A stretch of DNA of 64,000 nucleotides from an uncultured Candidatus Saccharibacteria bacterium (GTDB lineage: Bacteria > Patescibacteriota > Minisyncoccia > UBA6257 > WO2-44-18): positions 65,586-129,585 of the forward strand of contig CAZWVU010000003.1 in the NCBI GenBank assembly GCA_964637575.1, written 5' to 3'. Numbering within the stretch: the stretch's first letter is position 1; each line of letters begins with the position of its first letter. The position numbers and the translations under genes were made by a program. The notes beneath the pieces are model-generated. The model was not told the DNA's origin. It searched no databases and saw only the letters and a list, made by a program, of their open reading frames with translations. Positions 1 to 9,258 of this stretch are shown in pieces.

Positions 1-102
1 ATTCACGCCCTTCATCAGTCGAAGGGATGCTCACTGGCGGAGGCGGCGCATACGCTGGCGCTTCAGCGCATCGCCAAGCATCTTCAGACCAAGCACAAAT
101 AA
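1..102 (+). CDS. Partial C-terminus of an unknown protein; the gene starts upstream of the window.
   Basis: Open frame from position 1 to a TAA stop at 100-102. A hairpin plus T-run terminator follows directly. Confidence 0.3.
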   Translation: MHALHQSKGCSLAEAAHTLALQRIAKHLQTKHK

Positions 103-106
103 CGCA

Positions 107-134
107 CCCGCCTGTTGACCAGGCGGGTTTTTTA
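107..134 (+). terminator. Rho-independent terminator
   Basis: cccgcctg ... caggcggg stem followed by a T-run (tttttta). Confidence 0.5.
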
Positions 135-173
135 TTGCTAGGATACTCATCAGTTTCTTGCGGAGACAGACCG

Positions 174-410
174 ATGAAAACGTTTTCGGTAGTACTGGAA
201 CTGGAAAGCGAATCGCACAGCGCAGTCGCCATGAAATTTACCAGCAAGTCGGAAATCGGAATTTTCGCCGCGGATGAATCCAGGGCGCGCACACTGATCA
301 GGGAGAATTTCGGCCACCGGATTGTCGCGGGCCACTCGTATGAAATCAAATGCGAGGGCGATGCCCCCGTCAATGCCAAAGAAGGCTTCGCAATCCGGCC
401 AATCGAGTGA
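174..410 (+). CDS. Small hypothetical protein (78 aa)
   Basis: ATG at 174 inside the longer annotated ORF, after the upstream terminator. Flanked by terminator hairpins on both sides. No recognisable domain. Confidence 0.4.
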   Translation: MKTFSVVLELESESHSAVAMKFTSKSEIGIFAADESRARTLIRENFGHRIVAGHSYEIKCEGDAPVNAKEGFAIRPIE

Positions 411-414
411 CCAA

Positions 415-442
415 ATCCCACCTTACTTAGGTGGGATTTTTA
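415..442 (+). terminator. Rho-independent terminator
   Basis: atcccacct / aggtgggat stem with a 5-nt loop, followed by ttttt. Confidence 0.6.
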
Positions 443-460
443 TTGTAGGATAAGGGAATT

Positions 461-2611
461 ATGGAAATGGAAAAGGAGTTGGCTCCGGCATATGAACCAA
501 AAGGGGTTGAGGAGAAAATCTACCGACAGTGGGAGGAGTCCGGTTATTTCAACCCCGATAATCTTAAGGGTGCGAAAAAACCTTACGCGATTCATTTACC
601 GCCGCCCAACGTGACCGGTTCGCTGCATATGGGACACGCGCTCAATGCGACGATTACCGATATCCTGATCCGCTATCACCGGATGCGTGGTTACAAGGCA
701 GTGTGGTTTCCCGGTACCGATCATGCCGGCATCGCGACGCAAAGCGTGGTGGAGAAACAGCTGAAAAAAGAAGGAATCAGCCGCTGGGATCTTGGCCGGG
801 AAAAATTCGTGGAAAAAGTCTGGGAGTGGCGGCAGAAATACGGCGACATCATCATCGGCCAACTGAAAAAGATCGGCGCCTCGGCTGACTGGTCGCGTCT
901 GCGCTTTACGATGGACCCGGCCTACGCCACCTGGGTGAAAAAAGCCTTCATCCATTATTACGAAAAGGGCTGGATCTACCGCGGCAAGCGGCTGGTGAGC
1001 TGGTGCACTGCCTGTCAGACGTCGCTTTCCGATCTGGAGATCGAATACAAAGAAGAGAAGGGGAAGTTGTGGCACCTGAAATATCCGCTTGCCGATAAGA
1101 GCGGATTTGTCGTGGTCGCGACAACCCGTCCGGAGACAATGCTGGGCGACGCCGCGGTGGCGGTGAATCCCAAAGACAAGCGTTACGAAAAGCTCGTCGG
1201 CAAAAAAGTTTTGTTGCCCCTGGTGAACCGGGAAATTCCGATTATCGCCGACGACGCGATCGATATGACGTTTGGTACCGGTGCGGTGAAGGTGACGCCG
1301 GCGCACGACCAGACTGACAACGAGATCGGCCAGCGGCATAACCTGCCGATGTACGAGCTCATCAATGAGCGGGGAAAGATGGCTGATCTCGCCGGAAAGG
1401 ATTTCGCGGGGTTGAAAGTCGCAGAGGCGCGCGCAAAGGTGGTGGCGGAAATGGAAAAGTCCGGGCTTTTGGAAAAGACCGAGGATTTCACTCACAACGT
1501 GGCAGTCTGTTACCGGTCGGGAACCGTACTGGAGCCGCTTTTGAGCAACCAGTGGTTTTTGAAAATGGAAAAATTAACCGCGGCGACGCTGAAGACGTTG
1601 AAGTCCGGCCAGACCAACATCCTTCCGGAAAATTTCGGGAAGACGGCAATGGCCTGGCTGGAGAACATCCGCGACTGGTGCATCTCGCGCCAGATCTGGT
1701 GGGGACACCAACTTCCTGTTTACTTTTGTAAGCAAGAGGCAATTTCAAATTCGCCGGAAGAAAAATTTTTAGTAGCTGCAGAAATGCCGAAGCAATGCCC
1801 ATTTTGCAAGAATTGCCAGATGGTTCAGTCGGCCGATGTCTTAGACACCTGGTTTTCATCGGCGCTCTGGCCGTTTGCCGGTTTTGAACCGAAGGAAGAA
1901 AAAGAAATACTCAAGCAGTTTTATCCTTCCAGCGTGCTGATCACCGCCCGCGACATCATCAATCTCTGGGTGACGCGCATGATTTTTTCAGGATTGGAAT
2001 TCATGAAAGAGACGCCGTTTCCGGACGTGCTGATCCACGGCACGATTCTTACGAAAGAAGGGAAGCGCATGTCCAAGAGTCTGGGAACCGGCATCGATCC
2101 GCTCGGCCTGATCGAGAAATACGGCGCTGACGCAACGCGTTTTGGCATTATCTGGCAGGCGATGGGTAATCAGGATATCCACTGGGATGAGGCAGCGGTG
2201 ATGGCAGGCAAGAAGTTCGCGAACAAGCTCTGGAATATCGCCCGATTTTCTCAGGCAAAAATCGGGAAGTTCAAAGTTCAACGCTCAACGTTAACATTGG
2301 AACACGCGGAAGATAAGGAAATTATGGAGAAGCTGGAAGTTTTGAAGACAGAACTGGATAAGGATATCAAGGCGTACGACCTCGGGCCGGCGCTCCATAC
2401 AATCTATGATTTTGTCTGGCACGAAGTGGCCGACAAATATATCGAAGCGGTGAAAAAGCGGGAGGATGAAAATGCTAAAATAGTATTACAGGAGTTGCTG
2501 CGGCATTCGCTGACTATTCTCCACCCGTTTATGCCGTTCATCACGGAGGAGATCTATCAGCGGTTGTTTGCCCATGACGGCAGCATGCTTCTTGTGATTG
2601 GTGATGCCTAA
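461..2611 (+). CDS. valS: Valyl-tRNA synthetase (short form)
   Basis: Class I HIGH motif (PPPNVTGSLHMGHA) and KMSKS motif (GKRMSKSLG). The N-terminal region (YRMRGYKAVWFPGTDHAGIATQ) is typical of ValRS. Confidence 0.9.
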   Translation: MEMEKELAPAYEPKGVEEKIYRQWEESGYFNPDNLKGAKKPYAIHLPPPNVTGSLHMGHALNATITDILIRYHRMRGYKAVWFPGTDHAGIATQSVVEKQLKKEGISRWDLGREKFVEKVWEWRQKYGDIIIGQLKKIGASADWSRLRFTMDPAYATWVKKAFIHYYEKGWIYRGKRLVSWCTACQTSLSDLEIEYKEEKGKLWHLKYPLADKSGFVVVATTRPETMLGDAAVAVNPKDKRYEKLVGKKVLLPLVNREIPIIADDAIDMTFGTGAVKVTPAHDQTDNEIGQRHNLPMYELINERGKMADLAGKDFAGLKVAEARAKVVAEMEKSGLLEKTEDFTHNVAVCYRSGTVLEPLLSNQWFLKMEKLTAATLKTLKSGQTNILPENFGKTAMAWLENIRDWCISRQIWWGHQLPVYFCKQEAISNSPEEKFLVAAEMPKQCPFCKNCQMVQSADVLDTWFSSALWPFAGFEPKEEKEILKQFYPSSVLITARDIINLWVTRMIFSGLEFMKETPFPDVLIHGTILTKEGKRMSKSLGTGIDPLGLIEKYGADATRFGIIWQAMGNQDIHWDEAAVMAGKKFANKLWNIARFSQAKIGKFKVQRSTLTLEHAEDKEIMEKLEVLKTELDKDIKAYDLGPALHTIYDFVWHEVADKYIEAVKKREDENAKIVLQELLRHSLTILHPFMPFITEEIYQRLFAHDGSMLLVIGDA

Positions 2612-2864
2612 TACAATATCTTCTCAAATTGATAATCAAAATTTTGCCTCAATGCCGAGGCGCGAATCCGCAGGTGTAGACTCTATTCCCAGGATGAGCA
2701 ACGAAGGCAGTGAGCAAAATTTCATTACCGAAGGAGCCGCGACCTTGGCTGATTTCGTCGTTGCGCTCGCTCGGAATGGAGTCCATACCTTCACTCGCGC
2801 GCCTAGAAATCAGACACAAGGTCGCAGGCTTCAATTGATCAAGATATTGTATTAGGCATCACTT

Positions 2865-3545
2865 ATGCTAACCCTTTTTATGATCCTGCTCGGCATGCTT
2901 CCCAGTCTCGCCTGGCTGGTCTTTTATTTGCATGAGGACATCGAACATCCCGAGCCGAAGTCCCTCATTTTCTACACGTTCATTGCCGGCGCCCTGGTAA
3001 CCTTCCTCGTGCTCGGGTTTCAATACACCGCGCACGAATGGCTGAGCGCCAACGGATTTCCTATTTACAGCTTCCCTTCGTTTCTTGTGCTGGCGGCGAT
3101 CGAGGAGTTTTTCAAATATTTCGCCGTGTGGATCACGGTGAGCCGGCGCAGAGAATTCGACGAGCCGATCGACGCGATGGTCTACATGATCGTGTCGGCG
3201 CTCGGATTCGCCACCGTGGAAAATATCGGCTCGATTTTTCAGGCCAGCGCCGCCGCCTATCCGAGCCCCGGGCCGCTTGAAACCACCGCGCTCCGTTTTG
3301 TCGGGGCGACCCTCCTTCATACGCTGACTTCCGGCATTGTCGGCTATTATTGGGGCAAGGCGCTGGCCAAACACGGCCACTTTGGCTGGCTGGTGTTCAG
3401 GGGCTTATTCACCGCGACTTTATTGCACGCAATATTCAACTCTCTTATAATTAAATCAGAACCTCTCGCCCTGCCACTTATCTTTCTTATGTTCATCGGA
3501 ATGTTCGTGCTGAGTGATTTCGAGAAACTTAAACACCCGCAATAA
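2865..3545 (+). CDS. PrsW-family intramembrane protease-like membrane protein
   Basis: Multi-TM protein with EEFFKYF and FATVEN motifs plus conserved His residues, as in the PrsW/CPBP-like family. Confidence 0.55.
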   Translation: MLTLFMILLGMLPSLAWLVFYLHEDIEHPEPKSLIFYTFIAGALVTFLVLGFQYTAHEWLSANGFPIYSFPSFLVLAAIEEFFKYFAVWITVSRRREFDEPIDAMVYMIVSALGFATVENIGSIFQASAAAYPSPGPLETTALRFVGATLLHTLTSGIVGYYWGKALAKHGHFGWLVFRGLFTATLLHAIFNSLIIKSEPLALPLIFLMFIGMFVLSDFEKLKHPQ

Positions 3546-3549
3546 CAAT

Positions 3550-4026
3550 ATGGAAAACGAGGACCTCCAAAACGCAGACGAAGAACTTCAGCCCCAGGAG
3601 GGCGCGGTTCCGGAAGTTGACGCCGAGCTTGCTCGCGCGGGTAGTTCCGCATTGGCGGAGAGAAGTAAAACCGAAGAAGAGCTCTACGGGGGAGAGGAGG
3701 GTCAGTTAACCATCGATCTTTATCAGACGCCGGACGAAATCATTCTTGAGGCTCCCATTGCGGGAGTGAAGCCGGAAGATCTGGATATTTCCATCACCAA
3801 CGAATCCGTCACCATCTCCGGGAAGCGGGAGAAAGATCGCAAGATAAAAGAGGAAGATTATTTTTATCAGGAAACCTATTGGGGGAAATTTTCCCGTTCC
3901 ATTATTCTGCCGCAGGAAGTGGACGCGGAAAAAGCCGAGGCCTCGGTAAAGAACAGCGTGCTGATCATAAAGCTTCCCAAACTGAACCGGCAGCGTTCCA
4001 AGAAACTGAAAGTCCAGCCGGAGTAA
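3550..4026 (+). CDS. Hsp20/alpha-crystallin small heat-shock protein
   Basis: Alpha-crystallin domain (LTIDLYQTPDEIILEAPIAGVKPEDLDISI..VTISGKRE). Start taken at the ATG at 3550, just after the upstream stop, in the same frame as the longer ORF. Confidence 0.75.
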   Translation: MENEDLQNADEELQPQEGAVPEVDAELARAGSSALAERSKTEEELYGGEEGQLTIDLYQTPDEIILEAPIAGVKPEDLDISITNESVTISGKREKDRKIKEEDYFYQETYWGKFSRSIILPQEVDAEKAEASVKNSVLIIKLPKLNRQRSKKLKVQPE

Positions 4027-4106
4027 AAATTCCGCGCGCATTCGGTTTACTTTTTTACAAAAATATAGTACTTTATAGGTAGAATTTTGATTTACGAGGA
4101 GGCTTC

Positions 4107-5030
4107 GTGGACCTCGGAAGAGTCGGTGCGATTATTCCCGGCGGGGGATTGAAGTGCGCCTTCCAGGTAGGCTTCTTCGAGGCAATCGATGAAGTCGGCA
4201 TCAAGCTGGAAAAAGTGCAGGGCGTGTCCGGCGGCGCGCTCAATTCCGCGAAATACGTGGAGGGAGGATCCCGGGAACTGAAGGCGGTCTGGCTGACCGT
4301 GGAACGGAACGGTTCCAGCTGGGTATTCAGCAACGCGGAAAAGTGGAAGCATCTCGCCTTCGGAGGACCGGCGCTTTACGGCGAAGAGGGACTCTGGCGG
4401 CTGCTCGGTACGATTGATCTTCTGAAGATCATGAATTCGCCGATCCATCTCGAGATTGTGGTGTTCAACGAACTGACCGAGAAGCTGGAAGTGATCCGGA
4501 ACCATGAATACAATCCGGCGAATCTCGAGCACAAAGATCTGTTGCGGCGTTTTATCAAGGCTTCGGCAAGCTACCCGGGATTTTTTCTTCCGGAAGAGAT
4601 CAACGGCCAGATCTATTCGGACGGGTGCGGCATTGTTTCCGAGTCGCTGGCCGATCTGGATACGGTCTTTCTGGTCGAGAGCAGCCAGCCGCGGATCACC
4701 GTGAACCCGGCCAAGCTCCCCTGGAAGGAAAGGATACTCCGGAAGATCTCTTCCCTTATCGATGAAGGATACAAAGAAGATATCCGCGCCAGCCTCAGCA
4801 AATTCCAGCTGTTTCCCGATGACGAAGAGGATAAGGAATGGCCCGTCTGGAGAAAGCTCAAGGAGTTTCTCAAAGGCGGACCGGTCTCGAAGCGTCTTAT
4901 CCTCATTCAGCCGTCGATGAATATCGACACCCTGCGCATCAACTCCTGCGAAAAAGGCGACATCAGCAAGTCGATGAAGCATGGCTATGAAAGCACCAAA
5001 GGAATGCTGGCGCGACTGGCCACCATCTAA
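4107..5030 (+). CDS. Patatin-like phospholipase
   Basis: GGGxK/oxyanion motif (IIPGGGLKCAF) and GxSxG nucleophile motif (GVSGGALN). GTG start preceded by a GAGGAGG Shine-Dalgarno. Confidence 0.7.
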   Translation: MDLGRVGAIIPGGGLKCAFQVGFFEAIDEVGIKLEKVQGVSGGALNSAKYVEGGSRELKAVWLTVERNGSSWVFSNAEKWKHLAFGGPALYGEEGLWRLLGTIDLLKIMNSPIHLEIVVFNELTEKLEVIRNHEYNPANLEHKDLLRRFIKASASYPGFFLPEEINGQIYSDGCGIVSESLADLDTVFLVESSQPRITVNPAKLPWKERILRKISSLIDEGYKEDIRASLSKFQLFPDDEEDKEWPVWRKLKEFLKGGPVSKRLILIQPSMNIDTLRINSCEKGDISKSMKHGYESTKGMLARLATI

Positions 5031-5069
5031 CCCCTCACATCAGAGGGGTTTTTCATATAGAATCAAGGC

Positions 5070-5576
5070 ATGACCAACGAGTATTTTACCGAGGCCATCG
5101 TGCTGGATAAGGAGCCGGCGGGGGAAGCGGATCTTCAGGTATTTTTATACACCAAAGACTTCGGAAGGATTACTGCGAAAGCAGTAAGCGCCCGGAAAAT
5201 TGTCTCCAAGCTTGCCGGCCATCTTGAACCGTTCAATATCATCCAGGCCCGGCTGGTGCAGAAAAACCGCTTTCAGGTAGTGGATGCGCTTGCGACCGGT
5301 GCCCTGCCGAAACACCCGGAAACGCACCGGGTGCTGAAGCTGGTAAAGGAACTTACCGGCGAAGGACAGCACGATCCGGAACTGTGGGAGCTCCTAAGAG
5401 GCGGAAGTATCAGCGGATTGAGCGTGCTGGGAGCGCTCGGATTCGACAGCCAGTATGCCGTCTGCGAAAACTGCGGCAATGAAAAACCAAGCCATTTCAT
5501 TTTTCAGCGGCTGGAGTATTACTGCGCTTCTTGTTTTTCCCAATCTGGTGCGCCGCCCGCCTTCGCGCTAAACTAA
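5070..5576 (+). CDS. recO: DNA repair protein RecO-like (short)
   Basis: N-terminal OB-fold-like region (AIVLDKEPAGEADLQVFLYTKDFGRITAKA) and a C-terminal CxxC...CxxC zinc finger. Confidence 0.45.
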   Translation: MTNEYFTEAIVLDKEPAGEADLQVFLYTKDFGRITAKAVSARKIVSKLAGHLEPFNIIQARLVQKNRFQVVDALATGALPKHPETHRVLKLVKELTGEGQHDPELWELLRGGSISGLSVLGALGFDSQYAVCENCGNEKPSHFIFQRLEYYCASCFSQSGAPPAFALN

Positions 5577-5591
5577 GAGCTATACATCTAT

Positions 5592-7316
5592 ATGAGTTTG
5601 CGCGCGAAAGCTATTCTTATTTTTACCGCCGTCATTATATTGGGCGGCGGCGTGATTGCCTATGTTGCCTATCAGGCCAAAGTTTCCAAAGGATTGGACA
5701 TCCAAATTTCCGGTCCGGAAAAGGTGCTCGTCGGCGTGCCCTTTGACGTAAAAGTGAATGTCGTCAACAGTTCGGATAATCTTCTTGATCAGGTCCGTTT
5801 GAATATCAATCTTCCCGACGGGCTGGCCTTTCTCGGTTCTCCCGCGGCGAAAAATGTTGATTTCCGGGATCTCGGAAGCGTGCAGCCCGGCGAGGTGAGC
5901 CAGCAAACCATCAGTCTGATCGCGCTTAACGGGCAGAATACGTATAAGCAGATTACCGCGAGCGTTTCCTATCTTTCCGGTTCGCTCAGTTCGCGTTTTC
6001 AAAAGGAATCAAGTTTCCAGCTCGCGGTAGGTGATTATGGAATCACGCTGGATATCGCGACGCCCCAAAAAGTATTCAGCGGCGAATCGTTCGACACGGG
6101 CATTACCTACAAAAATTCTTCCACGATTGATTTTGACAGCCTGAAGCTGGCACTGGAATACCCGCCTACTTTTACCCTTTCCCGTTCCACGCTCAAGCCG
6201 GACGTCGGCAACAACACCTGGCTGCTCGGCGGTCTTCATAAGAATTCTGAAAATACGTTTACCATTACCGGGAATATTATCGGTCCCGACGACGCGACCT
6301 TCGACCTGAAGGCGACCGTGTACGCGACGTTTCTCGGCCAGGAGTACCCCATCAATATCAATGCCGCCACCCTTTCCATCGCCGCCTCGCCGCTTTCCAT
6401 AAAAATTGCGCTCAACGGAGGCACTGATTACATCGCGAAGGCGGACGACGCCCTTCATTACACGCTTACCTACACCAACAATACCGATATTGGGCTCCGG
6501 GATGTGATCATCACGGCGCAGCTGGTGGGGGAGATGTTCGATTTCAGCCAGCTTTCCAGCAATGGATCGTTCAATTCGGTCAACAATACGCTGACCTGGA
6601 ATGCCTCGAACATCCCATCGCTCAGTTCGCTGTCGCCCGGCGAGTCCGGTGAAATCGATTTCGCCCTGAAAACGAAAAGCGCCTATCCGATCCGGCGTTT
6701 GAGCGACAAGAATTTCATGCTCAAGGTGCGGACCACCATCGAATCGCCGACGGTACCCAACTTTGTCCAGGCCAACAAGACATTCAGCCTCAGTTCGCTG
6801 GAAACAAAAGTGGCTGACCAGATCAGGCTGGCCACCAAAGTGCTTTTCCGCGACCCGAATTCCGGCATTTTGAACAAAGGGCCGTTTCCGCCGCGCGTGG
6901 GCCAGGCCACCCAATTCACCGTCCACTGGCAAATCACCAATTATTCCAATGACGCGAAGGACATTACCGTCAGCGCGTTTCTCGGCGGCAACGTCAAATT
7001 CACCGGCCTTGCCAAGGCGAGCGCGGGCGCCGCGGTGCCGACCTATAATGACCGCACCCAGCAGGTAACCTGGACGATCGGCCGCATTCCGGCGACCGTG
7101 GGCGTGATTTCGGCACCCCTGGAAGCGACATTCCAGATTTCAGCGACGCCCTCCTCTTCCGACGTGGGCACGTTCATGCAGGTGATCCAGGAATCGCTGA
7201 TCAAAGCCACCGATGATTTTACCAACCAGGGGATGGACGGCGCCACTCCTCCGGTGACCACCCAGCTGCCGGACGATCCGACCGTTATCAATACGCCCGG
7301 AATAGTGAGTAAATAA
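5592..7316 (+). CDS. Membrane-anchored surface protein with repeated Ig-like (DUF11/CARDB-like) domains
   Basis: N-terminal TM helix followed by several repeated beta-rich segments of about 100 aa (TxTYTN.. motifs recur). Confidence 0.45.
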   Translation: MSLRAKAILIFTAVIILGGGVIAYVAYQAKVSKGLDIQISGPEKVLVGVPFDVKVNVVNSSDNLLDQVRLNINLPDGLAFLGSPAAKNVDFRDLGSVQPGEVSQQTISLIALNGQNTYKQITASVSYLSGSLSSRFQKESSFQLAVGDYGITLDIATPQKVFSGESFDTGITYKNSSTIDFDSLKLALEYPPTFTLSRSTLKPDVGNNTWLLGGLHKNSENTFTITGNIIGPDDATFDLKATVYATFLGQEYPININAATLSIAASPLSIKIALNGGTDYIAKADDALHYTLTYTNNTDIGLRDVIITAQLVGEMFDFSQLSSNGSFNSVNNTLTWNASNIPSLSSLSPGESGEIDFALKTKSAYPIRRLSDKNFMLKVRTTIESPTVPNFVQANKTFSLSSLETKVADQIRLATKVLFRDPNSGILNKGPFPPRVGQATQFTVHWQITNYSNDAKDITVSAFLGGNVKFTGLAKASAGAAVPTYNDRTQQVTWTIGRIPATVGVISAPLEATFQISATPSSSDVGTFMQVIQESLIKATDDFTNQGMDGATPPVTTQLPDDPTVINTPGIVSK

Positions 7317-7390
7317 TTTTTAATTTACAATTTTAAATTTTCCAATCAATTTTCAATGACTCAATGTTTAAAATATGTAAGAATTCAATC

Positions 7391-7425
7391 ATTCATTTTA
7401 AATTTCAAATTTAAACTTTAAAATT
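7391..7425 (+). repeat. 35-bp AT-rich element (attcattttaaatttcaaatttaaactttaaaatt), copy 1 of 2
   Basis: Identical to the reverse complement of 37023-37057. It lies 6 bp upstream of the glyQS start. Confidence 0.7.
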
Positions 7426-7431
7426 ATTGCA

Positions 7432-8757
7432 ATGGACCTATTAGAAAAAATAGTTAATCTCTCAAAACGCCGGGGTTTCATATTTCCTGGCTCCGAGATC
7501 TATGGCGGTCTTGCCAACTCTTGGGACTACGGCCCGCTTGGCGCCGAGCTTAAAAAGAATATTAAAGATGAGTGGTGGAACCGCTTTGTCCGCCGCCGCA
7601 CCGACATCGTCGGCCTGGACGCGGCACTAATGATGAATCCCAAGGTGTGGGAAGCGAGCGGCCACGTCGCCGGCTTTTCCGATCCGCTGGTGGAATGCAA
7701 GAAATGCCACACCCGCTACCGCGCTGATCAGATTAATATCAACACCGCCTGCCCGAACTGCGGCAGCAAAGGAACATTTACGGAGTCCAAGCAGTTTAAT
7801 CTGATGTTCAAGACGTTTATGGGGCCTTCCGAAGAAAAGGCGAATACGGTTTACTTGCGGCCGGAGACGGCGCAGGCGATGTTTGTGGATTTCAAAAATA
7901 TACTGGAGACGACCCGGAAGCGTCTGCCGTTTGGCATCGCCCAAATGGGCAAGGCCTTCCGCAATGAAATTACTCCCGGCAATTTTATCTTCCGCACGCG
8001 CGAATTTGAGCAGATGGAGATTGAGTATTTCGTCCGGCCGGAGGAGTGGGAGAAGCATTTTGAAAAGTGGCTGAAGGAAATGAAGCGGTGGCTGAAAGAT
8101 CTCGGCGTCTCCGAAAAGAAACTGCACTACGCGGAGATCCCGCCGGAAGAGCGGGCGCATTATTCTAAGCGCACGGTGGATGTTGAGTATGAATATCCGT
8201 TTGGCCGTAAAGAACTGTACGGCCTCGCGTACCGCGGCGACTTTGATCTCGCCAGCCACGAGAAGGCGAGCGGGCAGGATCTGAAATATGTTGATCCTGA
8301 AGAGCCGGGCAAAAAATTCCTGCCGCACGTCATTGAGCCGACCTGGGGCGTGGACCGCTCCGTATTGGTGGCGATGCTGGAGGCCTATCACGAAGAAGAG
8401 GCGCCGACCGCCGAGAAAGGGGAGAAGGAGACCCGGATCGTGATGAAATTCCCGGCTTGGCTCGCGCCGGTTAAGGTGGCGATCCTGCCGCTTTCCAAAA
8501 AGCCGGAGCTTTCCAAGATTGCGAAGCCGCTTTATGAAGAGCTCGCGGAGCAATTCGTCTGCGAATACGACGAGACGCAAAGCATCGGCAAGCGCTACCG
8601 CCGGCAGGACGAGATCGGCACGCCGCTCTGCGTGACGGTGGATTTTGACAGTATCAAAGACAAAGCCGTTACCGTCCGCGACCGCGACACAATGAAACAG
8701 AAGCGTGTGAAAATTACCAAACTTGCGGAATATCTGAGCGAGCAGTTAGGAAAATAA
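7432..8757 (+). CDS. glyQS: Glycyl-tRNA synthetase (class II, dimeric type)
   Basis: N-terminus (RRGFIFPGSEIYGGLANSWDYGPLG) and class II motifs are characteristic of alpha2 GlyRS. Confidence 0.9.
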   Translation: MDLLEKIVNLSKRRGFIFPGSEIYGGLANSWDYGPLGAELKKNIKDEWWNRFVRRRTDIVGLDAALMMNPKVWEASGHVAGFSDPLVECKKCHTRYRADQININTACPNCGSKGTFTESKQFNLMFKTFMGPSEEKANTVYLRPETAQAMFVDFKNILETTRKRLPFGIAQMGKAFRNEITPGNFIFRTREFEQMEIEYFVRPEEWEKHFEKWLKEMKRWLKDLGVSEKKLHYAEIPPEERAHYSKRTVDVEYEYPFGRKELYGLAYRGDFDLASHEKASGQDLKYVDPEEPGKKFLPHVIEPTWGVDRSVLVAMLEAYHEEEAPTAEKGEKETRIVMKFPAWLAPVKVAILPLSKKPELSKIAKPLYEELAEQFVCEYDETQSIGKRYRRQDEIGTPLCVTVDFDSIKDKAVTVRDRDTMKQKRVKITKLAEYLSEQLGK

Positions 8758-8789
8758 AAAATCCCCAACCGAAGTTGGGGATTTTGGTC

Positions 8790-9065
8790 CTAGCGATCGA
8801 AGTGGCCGGAGGCATCGATCTTCTCAGCTTTTCCCTTACAACGTGCCCGATTAAACCACGCAAGGGCGCACACCAGAAAGATCAGAGACCCGACCACATA
8901 TGCCCACCAATGGCCATTTGAGAAAAACAGGCCATCCAGCAGCAAGAGCAGAGATATTGCACTGTCAATCCAGCCCAAAATCTTGCACCGGCCCGCCGTT
9001 TTTCCATCCATAAAGGCGGCCACGACTATAAGTGTCGCCGAGATCCAGAACAGCGGAGAATACAT
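8790..9065 (-). CDS. Small membrane protein (91 aa)
   Basis: Three predicted TM helices. Start at 9065 chosen because of an AGGAGG Shine-Dalgarno 6 nt upstream. Confidence 0.45.
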   Translation of the reverse strand: MYSPLFWISATLIVVAAFMDGKTAGRCKILGWIDSAISLLLLLDGLFFSNGHWWAYVVGSLIFLVCALAWFNRARCKGKAEKIDASGHFDR

Positions 9066-9137
9066 CGCGTGCCTCCTACTAAATAACTTTGCGTATTCTA
9101 CCAAATATTTTAAATTTGTCAAATATGATTTTGAGAG

Positions 9138-9200
9138 CGAACCCTCCTTCCCGCAGACAGGATTGTAGCCCGACGTCCTGGCGAGGAGAAGGAGGGTTCG
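9138..9200. repeat. 63-nt structured intergenic repeat, copy 1 (12-bp outer stem gaaccctccttc/gaaggagggttc)
   Basis: About 95% identical to 57384-57444. Forms an extended hairpin. Lies in the divergent region between the 8790-9065 gene and the M16 peptidase gene. Confidence 0.6.
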
Positions 9201-9258
9201 CTGGAGATTGCCATGCAAGCTCGCAATGACGCAGGTGAAGTGTTAAAATAATTTCATC

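Noticed and set aside
1444-1462. agtccgggc motif resembling a piece of the RNase P RNA consensus
   Set aside because: It lies inside valS coding sequence and lacks the rest of the RNase P conserved regions. Coincidental.
596-1495. 299-aa ORF on the minus strand inside valS
   Set aside because: Lies entirely antisense to a confidently identified valS reading frame. Typical GC-rich antisense ORF. No ribosome-binding site or domain signal.
7317-7431. AT-rich aaattt/aaaattt tracts (also 37013-37138 and 45180-45235) considered as a CRISPR array or tandem repeat
   Set aside because: No regular repeat-spacer periodicity. They are degenerate A/T runs typical of promoter regions. Only the 35-bp segment is exactly repeated, and it is reported separately.
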